Assembly (NCBI GenBank): GCA_963825135.1
Contig: CAWGRW010000009.1
Location: 1,728,001-1,792,000 of the forward strand
Length of the DNA: 64,000 bases
Direction of reading: 5' to 3'
From: an uncultured bacterium
Lineage (GTDB): Bacteria; Desulfobacterota_D; UBA1144; Nemesobacterales; UBA2774
Shown: positions 10,104-19,332 of the stretch, one piece after another
How positions within the stretch are numbered: position 1 is the stretch's first letter
Layout of the letters: each line of letters opens with the position of its first letter
Position numbers and translations under genes: made by a program
Notes under the pieces: generated by a model
What the model saw: only the letters and a program-made list of their open reading frames with translations
What the model was told of the DNA's origin: nothing
Databases searched by the model: none

Positions 10104-10652
10104 TTAAGGGCTCTGCAGTTTAGCCCCGCATTCGGAACAATAATGACTCCGCCTGAGGATTCTGCCCCCGCACGCCCCGCAGTATACAAACTCGCCTTCC
10201 GGTGAATTTTGAAGCTCGGCTCTCGCATTGCCTATTGCTTCGTTGATTATTTCTTCGAGACTCCCGCAGTGGTGTGAAGCCTGCTTCGGGAATTCTATAA
10301 TGTCTTCATGACCCGGGGAGGCAATCGTTATCCTGGGCTTTGAATGATCGAGTTCGTAGAATATCTGCGAAATACCGGACAACGGTATGTCCCTGAATCT
10401 CTTGAACACGGATGAATTTCTGGCGATTATCATTCTATCATTTGTGAGGATGAACCAGGAATTAAAAAACGTGTTACTGTCCACGAACTTCGGCGCCTTA
10501 TAGATGGCCCTCCAGTCAAGGAGCGTGAAGAGTATGCTCTCTCCTTCGTTAATGTATTTCTCGACCCCTGCCCTTATCCCGTCGGGGAGCTCGGTGTGGT
10601 TCCTGGTTTCTATAATGCCCATCAGGTTTTTAACCGCTTCCATTATCGTCAT
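10104..10652 (-). CDS. Hypothetical protein with a PH-like domain and C-terminal zinc ribbon
   Basis: ILTNDRMIIA (bacterial PH-like) plus CGACG...CSECG; start overlaps the asd stop. Confidence 0.65.
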   Translation of the reverse strand: MTIMEAVKNLMGIIETRNHTELPDGIRAGVEKYINEGESILFTLLDWRAIYKAPKFVDSNTFFNSWFILTNDRMIIARNSSVFKRFRDIPLSGISQIFYELDHSKPRITIASPGHEDIIEFPKQASHHCGSLEEIINEAIGNARAELQNSPEGEFVYCGACGGRILRRSHYCSECGAKLQSP

Positions 10653-11674
10653 TATATGTAGTCTCTCACGAGGATCTCCGCTATCTGTATAGCGTTGAGA
10701 GCGGCCCCCTTCCTGAGCTGGTCACCTACTACCCAGAAGCTCAAACCGGCGGGTACGGTGTAATCCTCCCTGATCCTGCCCACGAGGCATTCATCCTTTC
10801 CGGCTGCGTCGATCGGCATTGGATATTTCAGGTTCTGCGGCTCGTCGACCACTTTAACACCCGGGAACTTGTTGAGGGCTTCCCTCGCCTCTCTTATCGT
10901 GATCCGCTTTTCGGTCTCGATATTGACCGACACGGAATGCGCTCTGAACACGGGCACCCTGACGGTGGTTGCAGTTACCGATATGGTGTCGTCTTCGAGG
11001 ATCTTCCGTGTTTCGTTATGGAGCTTCATTTCCTCCTTTGTATATCCGTTTTCGAGGAAGCTGTCTATGTGGGGTAGCAGATTGAACGCTATCTGGTGCG
11101 GGAATGCCCTAACCTTTATTTCCTCTGAATTCGCCCACGCGAGGGTCTGGTTCCTGAGCTCCTCTATAGCCTGGGCTCCTGCGCCCGAGACGGCCTGGTA
11201 GCTCGATGCGACGACCCTCCTTATCCTGCCCAGGTCGTGAAGAGGCTTGAGCGCCATGATCGTGACTGCGGTCGTGCAGTTGGGGTTCGCGATAATTCCT
11301 CTTTTCTTGTATCCGGCGACTGCGTGAGGGTTGATCTCCGGCACCACTAGCGGTACGTCCTCTTCCATTCGGAACGCGGAGCTGTTATCGACGACCACGG
11401 CCCCCGCTTCGACGGCGGCCGGCGCGAATTCCTTACTCCTCGACCCTCCGGCGGAAAAGAGCGCTATATCAATGCCTCCGAAGGAATTTTCATCGAGCTT
11501 CTCTATTTCTTTCCTGCTGCCGTTATATTCGATTTCCCTGCCCGCCGACCTTTCGGACGCAAGGAGTCTCAGCTCCTTCACGGGAAAATTCCGTTCCCTG
11601 AGTATATCCATCATTTCCTGTCCCACTGCTCCCGTCGCGCCCACAATTGCGACGTTATAACCGTCACTCTTCAT
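10652..11674 (-). CDS. asd: Aspartate-semialdehyde dehydrogenase
   Basis: VGATGAVG, DNSSAFR, ANPNCTT, SYQAVSGAG and DQLRKGAALNA. Confidence 0.96.
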   Translation of the reverse strand: MKSDGYNVAIVGATGAVGQEMMDILRERNFPVKELRLLASERSAGREIEYNGSRKEIEKLDENSFGGIDIALFSAGGSRSKEFAPAAVEAGAVVVDNSSAFRMEEDVPLVVPEINPHAVAGYKKRGIIANPNCTTAVTIMALKPLHDLGRIRRVVASSYQAVSGAGAQAIEELRNQTLAWANSEEIKVRAFPHQIAFNLLPHIDSFLENGYTKEEMKLHNETRKILEDDTISVTATTVRVPVFRAHSVSVNIETEKRITIREAREALNKFPGVKVVDEPQNLKYPMPIDAAGKDECLVGRIREDYTVPAGLSFWVVGDQLRKGAALNAIQIAEILVRDYI

Positions 11675-11710
11675 TTCTTCCTCCGGATTTAAACGCTTAA
11701 TCCCGGTGTG

Positions 11711-12154
11711 CTACCGGCAATATTTTTTTTCGATCTCGCTTACCTTGTCGATGTTCCTTTTCTCGCCCGCCTCGGGCTCCGAGCCCAACCAGGCGTCCAG
11801 TATCTCCCTCGCCACCACGGGGGAGGTAGACCTCAAGCTCAGGGCGAGCACGTTGGCGTCATTCCATTTCCTCGCCCCTTCCGCGGTCCTGGCGTCCGGG
11901 CATAGGGCGGCCCTGATACCGGGCACTTTGTTTGCGGCGATGCTGACCCCGGTCCCGGTCCAGCAGAAGAGTATACCCTGATCGCAGGCTCCTTCCCTCA
12001 CCCTTTCGGAGACCCTCTCGGCGATGTCCGTCCATTCGAGCTTTTCTCCATCGAGCGGCCCGTGGAGCTCGACTTCAATCCCTTTGCCCCGAAGCTCCTC
12101 GATCACAAAGTCAGTCAAGTATGTCCTCTCGTCGCTGCCAACCGCTATCTTCAT
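11711..12154 (-). CDS. rpiB: RpiB/LacA/LacB-family sugar-phosphate isomerase
   Basis: MKIAVGSD, GILFCWTGTGVSIAANKVPGIRAAL and ARKWNDANVL. Confidence 0.85.
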   Translation of the reverse strand: MKIAVGSDERTYLTDFVIEELRGKGIEVELHGPLDGEKLEWTDIAERVSERVREGACDQGILFCWTGTGVSIAANKVPGIRAALCPDARTAEGARKWNDANVLALSLRSTSPVVAREILDAWLGSEPEAGEKRNIDKVSEIEKKYCR

Positions 12155-12268
12155 ATAATCAACCCTTATATATCTGTTTCTCAAGTATTTTAAATGTGTC
12201 GCATCGAGGCTTCAAGCTCCGGCCGGCGATAACAAATTTCGATTCGTGGTAAACCGGGCTGGATGGGT

Positions 12269-12598
12269 CTAACCGCGGTACTTTATTACTTTAATCTTTT
12301 CCATTGTGACGATTCCGTTCCCGATGTTCTCATCGAGAAAGGGCAGGAGCTTTTTAATATTCTCTTCATCGTCTACTATCTCTATGATAATCGGCAAGTC
12401 CTCGGAGAGGCGGAGTATCTTTGCAGAGTGTATTTTACTATTGGCTCCGTACCCCATTATGCCCCTGATAACCGTAACCCCCGCTATATGGAGCTCCCTA
12501 GCCTTATATACGATTTGCTCATAGAGCGCCTTCCCTTTATGGTTGTCACTCTCGCCGATGAATATCCTGAGCAGCTGCTCTTCTTTGAAAATGTTCAT
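12269..12598 (-). CDS. DUF190 (PII-like) protein
   Basis: LLRIFIGESD...GVTVIRGIMGYG...LSEDLPIIIEIVD; directly downstream of fluC. Confidence 0.88.
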   Translation of the reverse strand: MNIFKEEQLLRIFIGESDNHKGKALYEQIVYKARELHIAGVTVIRGIMGYGANSKIHSAKILRLSEDLPIIIEIVDDEENIKKLLPFLDENIGNGIVTMEKIKVIKYRG

Positions 12599-12607
12599 TC
12601 ATACCTC

Positions 12608-12994
12608 CTACCTGACGATACCAGACAGGTATCTGGCCGCTATGAAGCCTAAAAATACCATTCCAATACCCAGAATGTTGCTTGCGAGGAAATTTAGCAG
12701 GACGTAACCTATTTCTCTCTCTCTCAGGAGGTTGAACGTCTCCAGACCGTACGTTGAGAAAGTCGTATAGGCTCCAAGGATACCGATGAACAAAAACGAT
12801 CTCATGTTGGGCGTAAAAGAGAAGTTCTCAAACAACTGCCAGAGAAAGCCTATAACCAGACAGCCGCTGAGATTAACCACCAGGGTCCCCCAGGGATACG
12901 CTCCGCCCGAGAAGTTGTGTATAAAGCCCGATACGGCATACCTCAGCAGGGCCCCTGCTGCCCCCCCTATAGCAATGTATAATAAATGCGTCAT
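12608..12994 (-). CDS. crcB: Fluoride channel Fluc/CrcB
   Basis: GGAAGALLRY, PWGTLVVN and GILGAYTTFST. Confidence 0.94.
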   Translation of the reverse strand: MTHLLYIAIGGAAGALLRYAVSGFIHNFSGGAYPWGTLVVNLSGCLVIGFLWQLFENFSFTPNMRSFLFIGILGAYTTFSTYGLETFNLLREREIGYVLLNFLASNILGIGMVFLGFIAARYLSGIVR

Positions 12995-13130
12995 TCGAGC
13001 CCCCGGACTGCATTAAACGGCTACCGGATGGGGGAAAATGATAACACATAAATAATTAAATGTACCCTGGTGGAAATTAACCGTTTGTTAAAGTAGTTTT
13101 AATTCCTTGGGGAGGCTCGAAGGTCTAACA

Positions 13131-13901
13131 ATGTCCTGGAATCCTGAGCTTTATCATAAATTTCAGTCCGAAAGATTCGCGCCCTTCGAAGACCTCATGA
13201 GTCTGATCGTCGTCAGGGAAGGGCTCACGGTAATAGATCTCGGGTGCGGTACGGGCGAGCTTACGGAGATGCTGTCCGACAGGCTGCCCGGAAGCGACGT
13301 GCTGGGAATAGATTCTTCTCCCGAGATGCTTGAGCAGGCGAAAGCGAAAGAGAGGGACGGGCTGAGATTCGAGCTTAGGGCGATAGAGGATGCTACGGGC
13401 GAGTGGGACATCGTATTTTCAAACGCGGCGATACATTGGGTGGAGAATCACGCGGCTCTGGTCCCGGCGTTATTTAAACTCGTGAGCCCCGGAGGCCAGA
13501 TCGCGGTTCAGCTCCCGTCTAACCATAACCACGAAACACAGCTGCTGGTGCACGAGATCGCGAAAGAACCCCCTTTCGCGACCGCGCTCAGGGGGTGGTC
13601 GAGGAAATCCCCGGTATTGTCGATAAATGCGTACGCCGAGATTCTGTATCAATGCGGAGGTATGAACATCGATGTGTTCGAGAAGGTATTCCCTCACGTG
13701 ATGAGGGATACCGATGCGGTGGCGGACTGGCTTTCGGGTACGATGCTGAGGCCTTATTTCGAGCGCCTGCCCGAGGAGCTTCGGGGAAAGTTCGTGGATA
13801 TATACAGGAAGAGGTTGAGGGAGATTTATCCGTCTGATCCTGTCTTCTATCCCTTCAGACGCATATTCTTTTCGGCGGTAAAAACAAATTTACAGGGATA
13901 G
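13131..13901 (+). CDS. tam: Trans-aconitate 2-methyltransferase-like SAM methyltransferase
   Basis: MSWNPELY..F..ER..PF.DL, DLGCGTG, SNAAIHWV, YPFRRIF. Confidence 0.85.
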   Translation: MSWNPELYHKFQSERFAPFEDLMSLIVVREGLTVIDLGCGTGELTEMLSDRLPGSDVLGIDSSPEMLEQAKAKERDGLRFELRAIEDATGEWDIVFSNAAIHWVENHAALVPALFKLVSPGGQIAVQLPSNHNHETQLLVHEIAKEPPFATALRGWSRKSPVLSINAYAEILYQCGGMNIDVFEKVFPHVMRDTDAVADWLSGTMLRPYFERLPEELRGKFVDIYRKRLREIYPSDPVFYPFRRIFFSAVKTNLQG

Positions 13902-13970
13902 GAATATCAGAGGCGGGCAATTGGAGTGTAATGTTTTATATACTCAGCGATAATGCAGGTTTGAAAGGAG

Positions 13971-14645
13971 ATGCTGATGCCGGTAAAGAGATTCTCAAAA
14001 AGAGAGGCAATCGAGTTCGGATGGCGGACTATGAGAGCCAACCTGGCTATTTTTATCGTCTTCCTCGTCGTCTCGATGGTGGCGGGTTTTTTCTTCAGCG
14101 GATTCGCGGGACTATTTGAAAAACGCCTGCCTTTTTTATCCCTTATTTTCAACCTCGGGTATATCCTGCTGACCATTGCGGTAAATATCGTCGGCATCAA
14201 GATTGCCTTGAAGTTCTGTGATAATGACGAACGGGCGATATCGGAGGTAATACCATTTACGCCCGCTTTGTTCCTGAGGTTTGCCGCCGGATATATTCTC
14301 TACAGTCTATTGATCGTGGCGGGCTTCGTATTGCTGATAGTCCCCGGTCTGATCTTCATGGTCAAATATCAATACGTGATCTATTTCATTGCCGACAAGG
14401 ATACGGAAATCGGCGAAGCGTTTACAAAGAGCTCCGCTCTCACAAACGGGATCAAGTGGGAGCTGTTCTTGTTCCTGATACTGTTATCGTTGATCAACCT
14501 GGCCGGTCTCATATGCTTCTTCGTGGGCTTATTTGTCACAATACCCGTTACAATGGTCGCGATGGCGTACGTTTATAGAAAGTTGTCAGGCCCCTCGGCG
14601 GCCGAAGCGCTCGACCCGTTTCAGTCGCCTCATCAAGCGGTCTGA
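13971..14645 (+). CDS. Integral membrane protein (DUF975/YciC-like)
   Basis: Multiple TM helices; LLIVPG, EAFTKS..LTNG.KW and VGLFVTIP...AYVYRKL. Confidence 0.7.
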   Translation: MLMPVKRFSKREAIEFGWRTMRANLAIFIVFLVVSMVAGFFFSGFAGLFEKRLPFLSLIFNLGYILLTIAVNIVGIKIALKFCDNDERAISEVIPFTPALFLRFAAGYILYSLLIVAGFVLLIVPGLIFMVKYQYVIYFIADKDTEIGEAFTKSSALTNGIKWELFLFLILLSLINLAGLICFFVGLFVTIPVTMVAMAYVYRKLSGPSAAEALDPFQSPHQAV

Positions 14646-14674
14646 ATCTAAATCATGGAGAGGTAAATCCGGAA

Positions 14675-15121
14675 TTGGGCAGGGTCTACAAGCACACGCA
14701 AATCGGTTATGTGATGTTTCTGATAATCGGGACAGGGCTTTATCTACTGTTGAACTTCTTCTATCTGCACGGGTTCATTATCGTATTCGTCGCCGTTTTT
14801 GTATTGCTCGCCGTCTGCCTGGTTTTGTTTGCCGCATTGAGGGTGGAAGTTGACGACAGGGAAATCTCGGTTCGTTTCGGAATCGGGATCATCCGCAAGA
14901 AATTTCCGGTAAGCGGGATCGAGTCTGCCGCGATAGTCAGGAACCCCTGGTATTACGGATGGGGGATAAGGAAAACGCCCGATGGCTGGCTCTACAATGT
15001 ATCCGGATTAATCGCGGTCGAGCTGCGGATGAGGAGCGGGGAAAGATTCCTGATCGGGACCGACGACCCCATGGGGCTCCTGAATGCGGTGCAAGGGGTT
15101 ATTCCCGGAAAAAGCGTGTGA
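14675..15121 (+). CDS. Hypothetical membrane protein (two TM helices plus PH-like C-terminal domain)
   Basis: YKHTQIG, WYYGWGIR, WLYNVSG and IGTDDP; TTG start uncertain. Confidence 0.65.
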   Translation: MGRVYKHTQIGYVMFLIIGTGLYLLLNFFYLHGFIIVFVAVFVLLAVCLVLFAALRVEVDDREISVRFGIGIIRKKFPVSGIESAAIVRNPWYYGWGIRKTPDGWLYNVSGLIAVELRMRSGERFLIGTDDPMGLLNAVQGVIPGKSV

Positions 15122-15134
15122 AGCGGATTACATC

Positions 15135-15692
15135 ATGGACGATCAATTCAAATTAAGGATAGAGGGCGGTATCGAGCTCGAACTCCTGTGTGAGGACCAT
15201 GCAGAGGAGTTATTCGAGCTTACTGACAGGAACAAAGGGTATCTCCGGAAGTGGCTGCCCTGGCTCGACAGCAACAAATACATTCAGAACACCATTGATT
15301 TCATTCAATACAGCAGTAAACAATATGAAGAGAATAACGGGTTACAGTTCTGTATCCGGTCCGGCGGGGGTTTGGCCGGGATGATCGGCTTTCACAGGGT
15401 GGATTGGCTGAATCATTCGACAAGCATCGGATACTGGCTTGCGGAGGATTTTCAGGGTAAAGGGATTATGACCGCATCGTGCCGGTGTCTTCTGGACTAT
15501 GCTTTCGGCAACCTCGGAATGAACCGTGTCGAAATCAGGTGCGCTACCGAAAACAAGCGCAGCAGGGCGGTTCCGGAAAGGCTGGGGTTCACCGAAGAGG
15601 GGACCATCCGGCAGGCCGAGTGGTTGTATGACCACTATGTGGACCACATCGTCTACGGTATGCTGAGGGAGGAATGGAAGTGCAGGATATGA
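15135..15692 (+). CDS. RimJ/RimL-family GNAT N-acetyltransferase
   Basis: LRKWLPW, IGYWL...FQGKGIMT, N.RSRAVPERLGF.EEG. Confidence 0.9.
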   Translation: MDDQFKLRIEGGIELELLCEDHAEELFELTDRNKGYLRKWLPWLDSNKYIQNTIDFIQYSSKQYEENNGLQFCIRSGGGLAGMIGFHRVDWLNHSTSIGYWLAEDFQGKGIMTASCRCLLDYAFGNLGMNRVEIRCATENKRSRAVPERLGFTEEGTIRQAEWLYDHYVDHIVYGMLREEWKCRI

Positions 15693-15693
15693 A

Positions 15694-15731
15694 AAACCCT
15701 CCTAGATCCTATTAAGGAAATAAGAGGGTTT
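15694..15731. terminator. Imperfect hairpin between convergent genes
   Basis: AAACCCTC...GAGGGTTT outer stem with an inner TCCT/AGGA stem, right after the GNAT stop. Confidence 0.45.
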
Positions 15732-15761
15732 AAGAGAAGCAAAAGGCAAGATGTAGTTAAG

Positions 15762-15842
15762 CTAGGAAAAAAGCACTATTATTAATCCGGCGAATATCGT
15801 CGAATATAGCACCAAATCCGCAAACCCGTACGTTTTATTCAT
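15762..15842 (-). CDS. Putative 26-aa hydrophobic small protein
   Basis: GGAGAGG SD upstream of ATG; MNKTYGFADLVLYSTIFAGLIIVLFS. Confidence 0.5.
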   Translation of the reverse strand: MNKTYGFADLVLYSTIFAGLIIVLFS

Positions 15843-15980
15843 TAACTCATCCTCTCCTAGAATCATAGACTATAAATACATAGTCTCTCAAGGTTTAATT
15901 TCTGATAATTTAAAAGATTGATCGCGGGGATTGCTATCATACTTTAGTATTACTACTTAAGTTAGCGGTGTCAGGCAGGA

Positions 15981-16808
15981 TCAGGGCTTTTTGGATATGA
16001 TGAGGTGATTGGCAGCCTTTCCCTCGTCGATCAGCTGGAGGTATGTGTCGAAATACTCGATATGGTAATCGGTGTTTTCCCTGCCCTGTTCCTTTACGAT
16101 TTCCTCATAGTGTTTCTTGTACGCGTCGCCCCATTTCTTGTTCTGAACCCTGAAGTCCGACACATACTCGGTAATCTCCTCTATCTGAAAGCCCGCTTCC
16201 TTGAGCATGCGGCGGTAATTCGGAAGAGAGTCGTAGTACTGAGGGATCAGGTATCCGCGCGCCATTTTTCTTGTTACTTCCGGATCGTCGGGCATGTCGA
16301 ATGTCCCGCTCAGAAACGCCCATGTTCCGTCCTTCTTCAGTACCCTGAGCACTTCCCTGAAAAGCCCGACCTTGTTCTTGAATACATTCATTACGTTTAA
16401 ACTTATCGCGATGTCGAACGTGTTATCGGGGAAGGGGGTCTTCATCGCGTCCCCGAGATGAAATTCCGCTTGTCCCTCGAGACCCGATTTTTTAGCCAGC
16501 TTCACCGACATATCCACACCCACGTTTGAAATATCGACACCTGCTATTCTGCACCCGGTCTTGCTCGCAATGTACAGGGCCGGGCCGCCGACGCCGCTTC
16601 CTATGTCGAGCATGTAATTATTTTCACTGATACGAAGCCTTCTTACGAGGTCGTCAAGGTACCTGGGAGTGGTGAACGATTGCTGACCGATGTCGTTTTC
16701 CTTGCCCCAGATAGAATCCCTTATTAGCCTGTTGGCCGGGCTGTCTATCTGATGAAGTATCGAATAATCGACGCCGATTTTTTTCTCCTTCATCTTTTTA
16801 TCCTCCAT
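15981..16808 (-). CDS. Class I SAM-dependent methyltransferase
   Basis: LDIGSGVGG, GVDIS, GDA...PFPDNTFD and RVLKKDG. Confidence 0.85.
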   Translation of the reverse strand: MEDKKMKEKKIGVDYSILHQIDSPANRLIRDSIWGKENDIGQQSFTTPRYLDDLVRRLRISENNYMLDIGSGVGGPALYIASKTGCRIAGVDISNVGVDMSVKLAKKSGLEGQAEFHLGDAMKTPFPDNTFDIAISLNVMNVFKNKVGLFREVLRVLKKDGTWAFLSGTFDMPDDPEVTRKMARGYLIPQYYDSLPNYRRMLKEAGFQIEEITEYVSDFRVQNKKWGDAYKKHYEEIVKEQGRENTDYHIEYFDTYLQLIDEGKAANHLIISKKP

Positions 16809-16902
16809 GGAATCGCTTCGGAAGCAGTCATTATGGGAGGTTGTGCCAATGGAATATTATCCGATCCCGATTACGCTATAAAGGTCTAATTTTAGTAATA
16901 TA

Positions 16903-17667
16903 TTATTTTGCGCTCATCCCTCCGTCCACGGAGAGCATCGCTCCGGTAATGAACCTGATTTTATCGTCGCATAGAAACAAGACCGCGCGGGCTATTTCCT
17001 CGGGCTGTGCCAGGCGTCCTATGGGGTGTACAGAGATATAACGCTTTTCACCGAGTTCCCTGTCCCCCCATTCCTCAAACAGCGCGTCCATCATTGGGGT
17101 GTATATGGTCCCGGGGCAGACGGCGTTTACCCTGATCCCCTTATCCGCGTATTCGAGCGCCATGCTTCTCGTGAGCTGGTTCACGGCTCCTTTGGAGGCG
17201 CTGTAGGCGGCAAAGCCCGCCGGGGACGCCTTTAATCCCAGTATCGACGAGTTATTCACTATAGCGCCCTCCCCCTGCCTGATCATGTGGGGTAGCGCGT
17301 GCTTGGACATAAGATAAACGCCCTTAACGTTGATATCGAAAGTCTCGTCCCACATGCCGGTATCCGTTTCGTGTGTGTTCGATTTGTAGCAAACCCCTGC
17401 GTTATTGAAGAGTATGTCTATGCGGCCGTAGCTGCGCATTGTGCTTTCTACGGTCTTTACGCAGTCCGACTCCTTTGAGACGTCGCTTAGGATGTAGCTG
17501 ATTTCAATACCGTCTTCTTCCATCTCGTCGGCCGCTTCCTTTAATGTTTTTTCGGTTCTGCCCGTAATGACTACGTTTGCACCCTCTGCGGCAAACAGGC
17601 GGGCTGTCGCCTTTCCGATCCCCGTACCGCCCCCCGTGATTATGGCCGTCTTGCCTTTCAGTTTCAT
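16903..17667 (-). CDS. Short-chain dehydrogenase/reductase
   Basis: TGGGTGIG, NNAG, YSASK and RVNAVCPG. Confidence 0.93.
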   Translation of the reverse strand: MKLKGKTAIITGGGTGIGKATARLFAAEGANVVITGRTEKTLKEAADEMEEDGIEISYILSDVSKESDCVKTVESTMRSYGRIDILFNNAGVCYKSNTHETDTGMWDETFDINVKGVYLMSKHALPHMIRQGEGAIVNNSSILGLKASPAGFAAYSASKGAVNQLTRSMALEYADKGIRVNAVCPGTIYTPMMDALFEEWGDRELGEKRYISVHPIGRLAQPEEIARAVLFLCDDKIRFITGAMLSVDGGMSAK

Positions 17668-17738
17668 TTCGTGTCGTCGGTTTATTTCCGGATGCTAATA
17701 ATTATGGGGGAGATTAAGGCGTTATCAATATAGGGCTG

Positions 17739-19166
17739 TTACCGGATATCGCCTGGATTTATCTCCTCCAGGGATCTCCCAGTGGTGTGTACCTGGAATA
17801 TGGCCGTTACGAGGAGTCCCAAAATCGTGGTAGCGGCGACTACGATTAGGGTCGATGGTATGCCCACGGAAGATCTAAGTATGGGCATTAAGAAGATGCC
17901 GAACGCGGCGCCCAGCTTTGCGGCCGATGTGGCGATCCCGTGCGCGGACGCACGCATGCTCGTGGGGAACAGCTCGGCTGGCAGAATGAAGGTCGTGGCG
18001 TTGGGTCCCATGTTCATCAGAAGGTTAAATAGAATAAAGCCGGGTATTACGAGGAAGGGGTTTGCATCACCCTGCGATCCCGTCGCCGTGGCTATCGCCA
18101 GTATGGAGAGTCCGAGCGCCATACCCCCGAAGCCCAGAATCTGGAGCCTGATTCTCCCCCATTTGTCCACGAGCAGGATGTTCAGGAGGAACCCGACGAT
18201 AAGGAATGTATCCAGATAGGCGGCGCCTTTTGTGGCTGCCAGGTCTTTCAGAATGAAATTCGTCTCTTTATCGTATGTAATTATCGCAAGAATCGTCGGG
18301 GTGAATAACCCGATACCATACGTTGCGATATCCATGCAGAACCACGGCACGACAGCGAGGACGGTCCTCCGCATATACTTCTTGGCAAGCAGCTGGCCGT
18401 ACCGGAATTTCTTTGCTTTTACTTTTTTTGCGTGCGCCGCGGCATCGGCCACTAATGTGTTAATCTGGTCTTTCAGGGCTGGTACGATCATGGCCATGAC
18501 GGCCCCCGCTTTTTCAAAATACCCCTTGTCTATAAGCCACCTGGGACTTTCGGGTACGGTCGTACGCAACACTAAAACAATTACTGCGGGCACTATCCCA
18601 AGGCCCAGCATCCACCGCCATGCCCCGGATTCGGGAAATAAATTGAGCACGACGACGCCTACTACAGCGCCGGTTAGCATTCCCGCGGCCTGGAAGCTGA
18701 AAGCCCCTATCAGCATCTTTCCCCTGATACGGCTCGGCATGAATTCTGAAACATAGGAGGCGCAAATAGGGTAATCGACCCCGACCCCGAGTCCGAGGAA
18801 GAACCTGAACACGACGAGGGACCATACGTCCCATGAAAATGCGGTAAGTAATCCGAAGATGATAAAGAAAGCCAGGTCGACAAGGTATAGGGCTTTTCTC
18901 CCGTAACGGTCTGTAAACCATCCCCCGAGGATGCCCCCGAATATCGAACCCAATACCGCCGCGGCCCCAATGAGTCCGGTCACGAATGGCCCGGGAGAGA
19001 ATTCCCGGCTAATGAGCGGCAGGGCGACGCCGATAATAAACAGGTCAAAACCGTCGAGGAAAACGCCCATTGCGGACAGAAACCATACCCTCCAATGCAG
19101 ACCCCCGAGTTTCGTTTCTTCCAGGGCTTGATTCATCGAGGTTATTACATTTTGTTTTTCAGGCAT
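17739..19166 (-). CDS. MFS transporter
   Basis: About 12 TM helices; DRYGRK, GVGVDYP, PESPRWL and AELFPT..RA. Confidence 0.92.
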   Translation of the reverse strand: MPEKQNVITSMNQALEETKLGGLHWRVWFLSAMGVFLDGFDLFIIGVALPLISREFSPGPFVTGLIGAAAVLGSIFGGILGGWFTDRYGRKALYLVDLAFFIIFGLLTAFSWDVWSLVVFRFFLGLGVGVDYPICASYVSEFMPSRIRGKMLIGAFSFQAAGMLTGAVVGVVVLNLFPESGAWRWMLGLGIVPAVIVLVLRTTVPESPRWLIDKGYFEKAGAVMAMIVPALKDQINTLVADAAAHAKKVKAKKFRYGQLLAKKYMRRTVLAVVPWFCMDIATYGIGLFTPTILAIITYDKETNFILKDLAATKGAAYLDTFLIVGFLLNILLVDKWGRIRLQILGFGGMALGLSILAIATATGSQGDANPFLVIPGFILFNLLMNMGPNATTFILPAELFPTSMRASAHGIATSAAKLGAAFGIFLMPILRSSVGIPSTLIVVAATTILGLLVTAIFQVHTTGRSLEEINPGDIR

Positions 19167-19332
19167 GACCCTCCCCCGCTCATCTCAGGAACCTACCTTC
19201 TGATTTCTTCTCGATGCGTTAAGGGGGCATGAAATTTCGATTAAGCTGATTTATAATCTCTTAACGGATTTTCACCGAAAAGGGCGATATAATAAGTGAC
19301 CGAATTTATTCGAATACGGAGAGGATGAGCAT

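Noticed and set aside
12995..13130. Fluoride riboswitch upstream of crcB
   Set aside because: Could not find the GGCGATG...GCTGATGAC consensus on the minus strand
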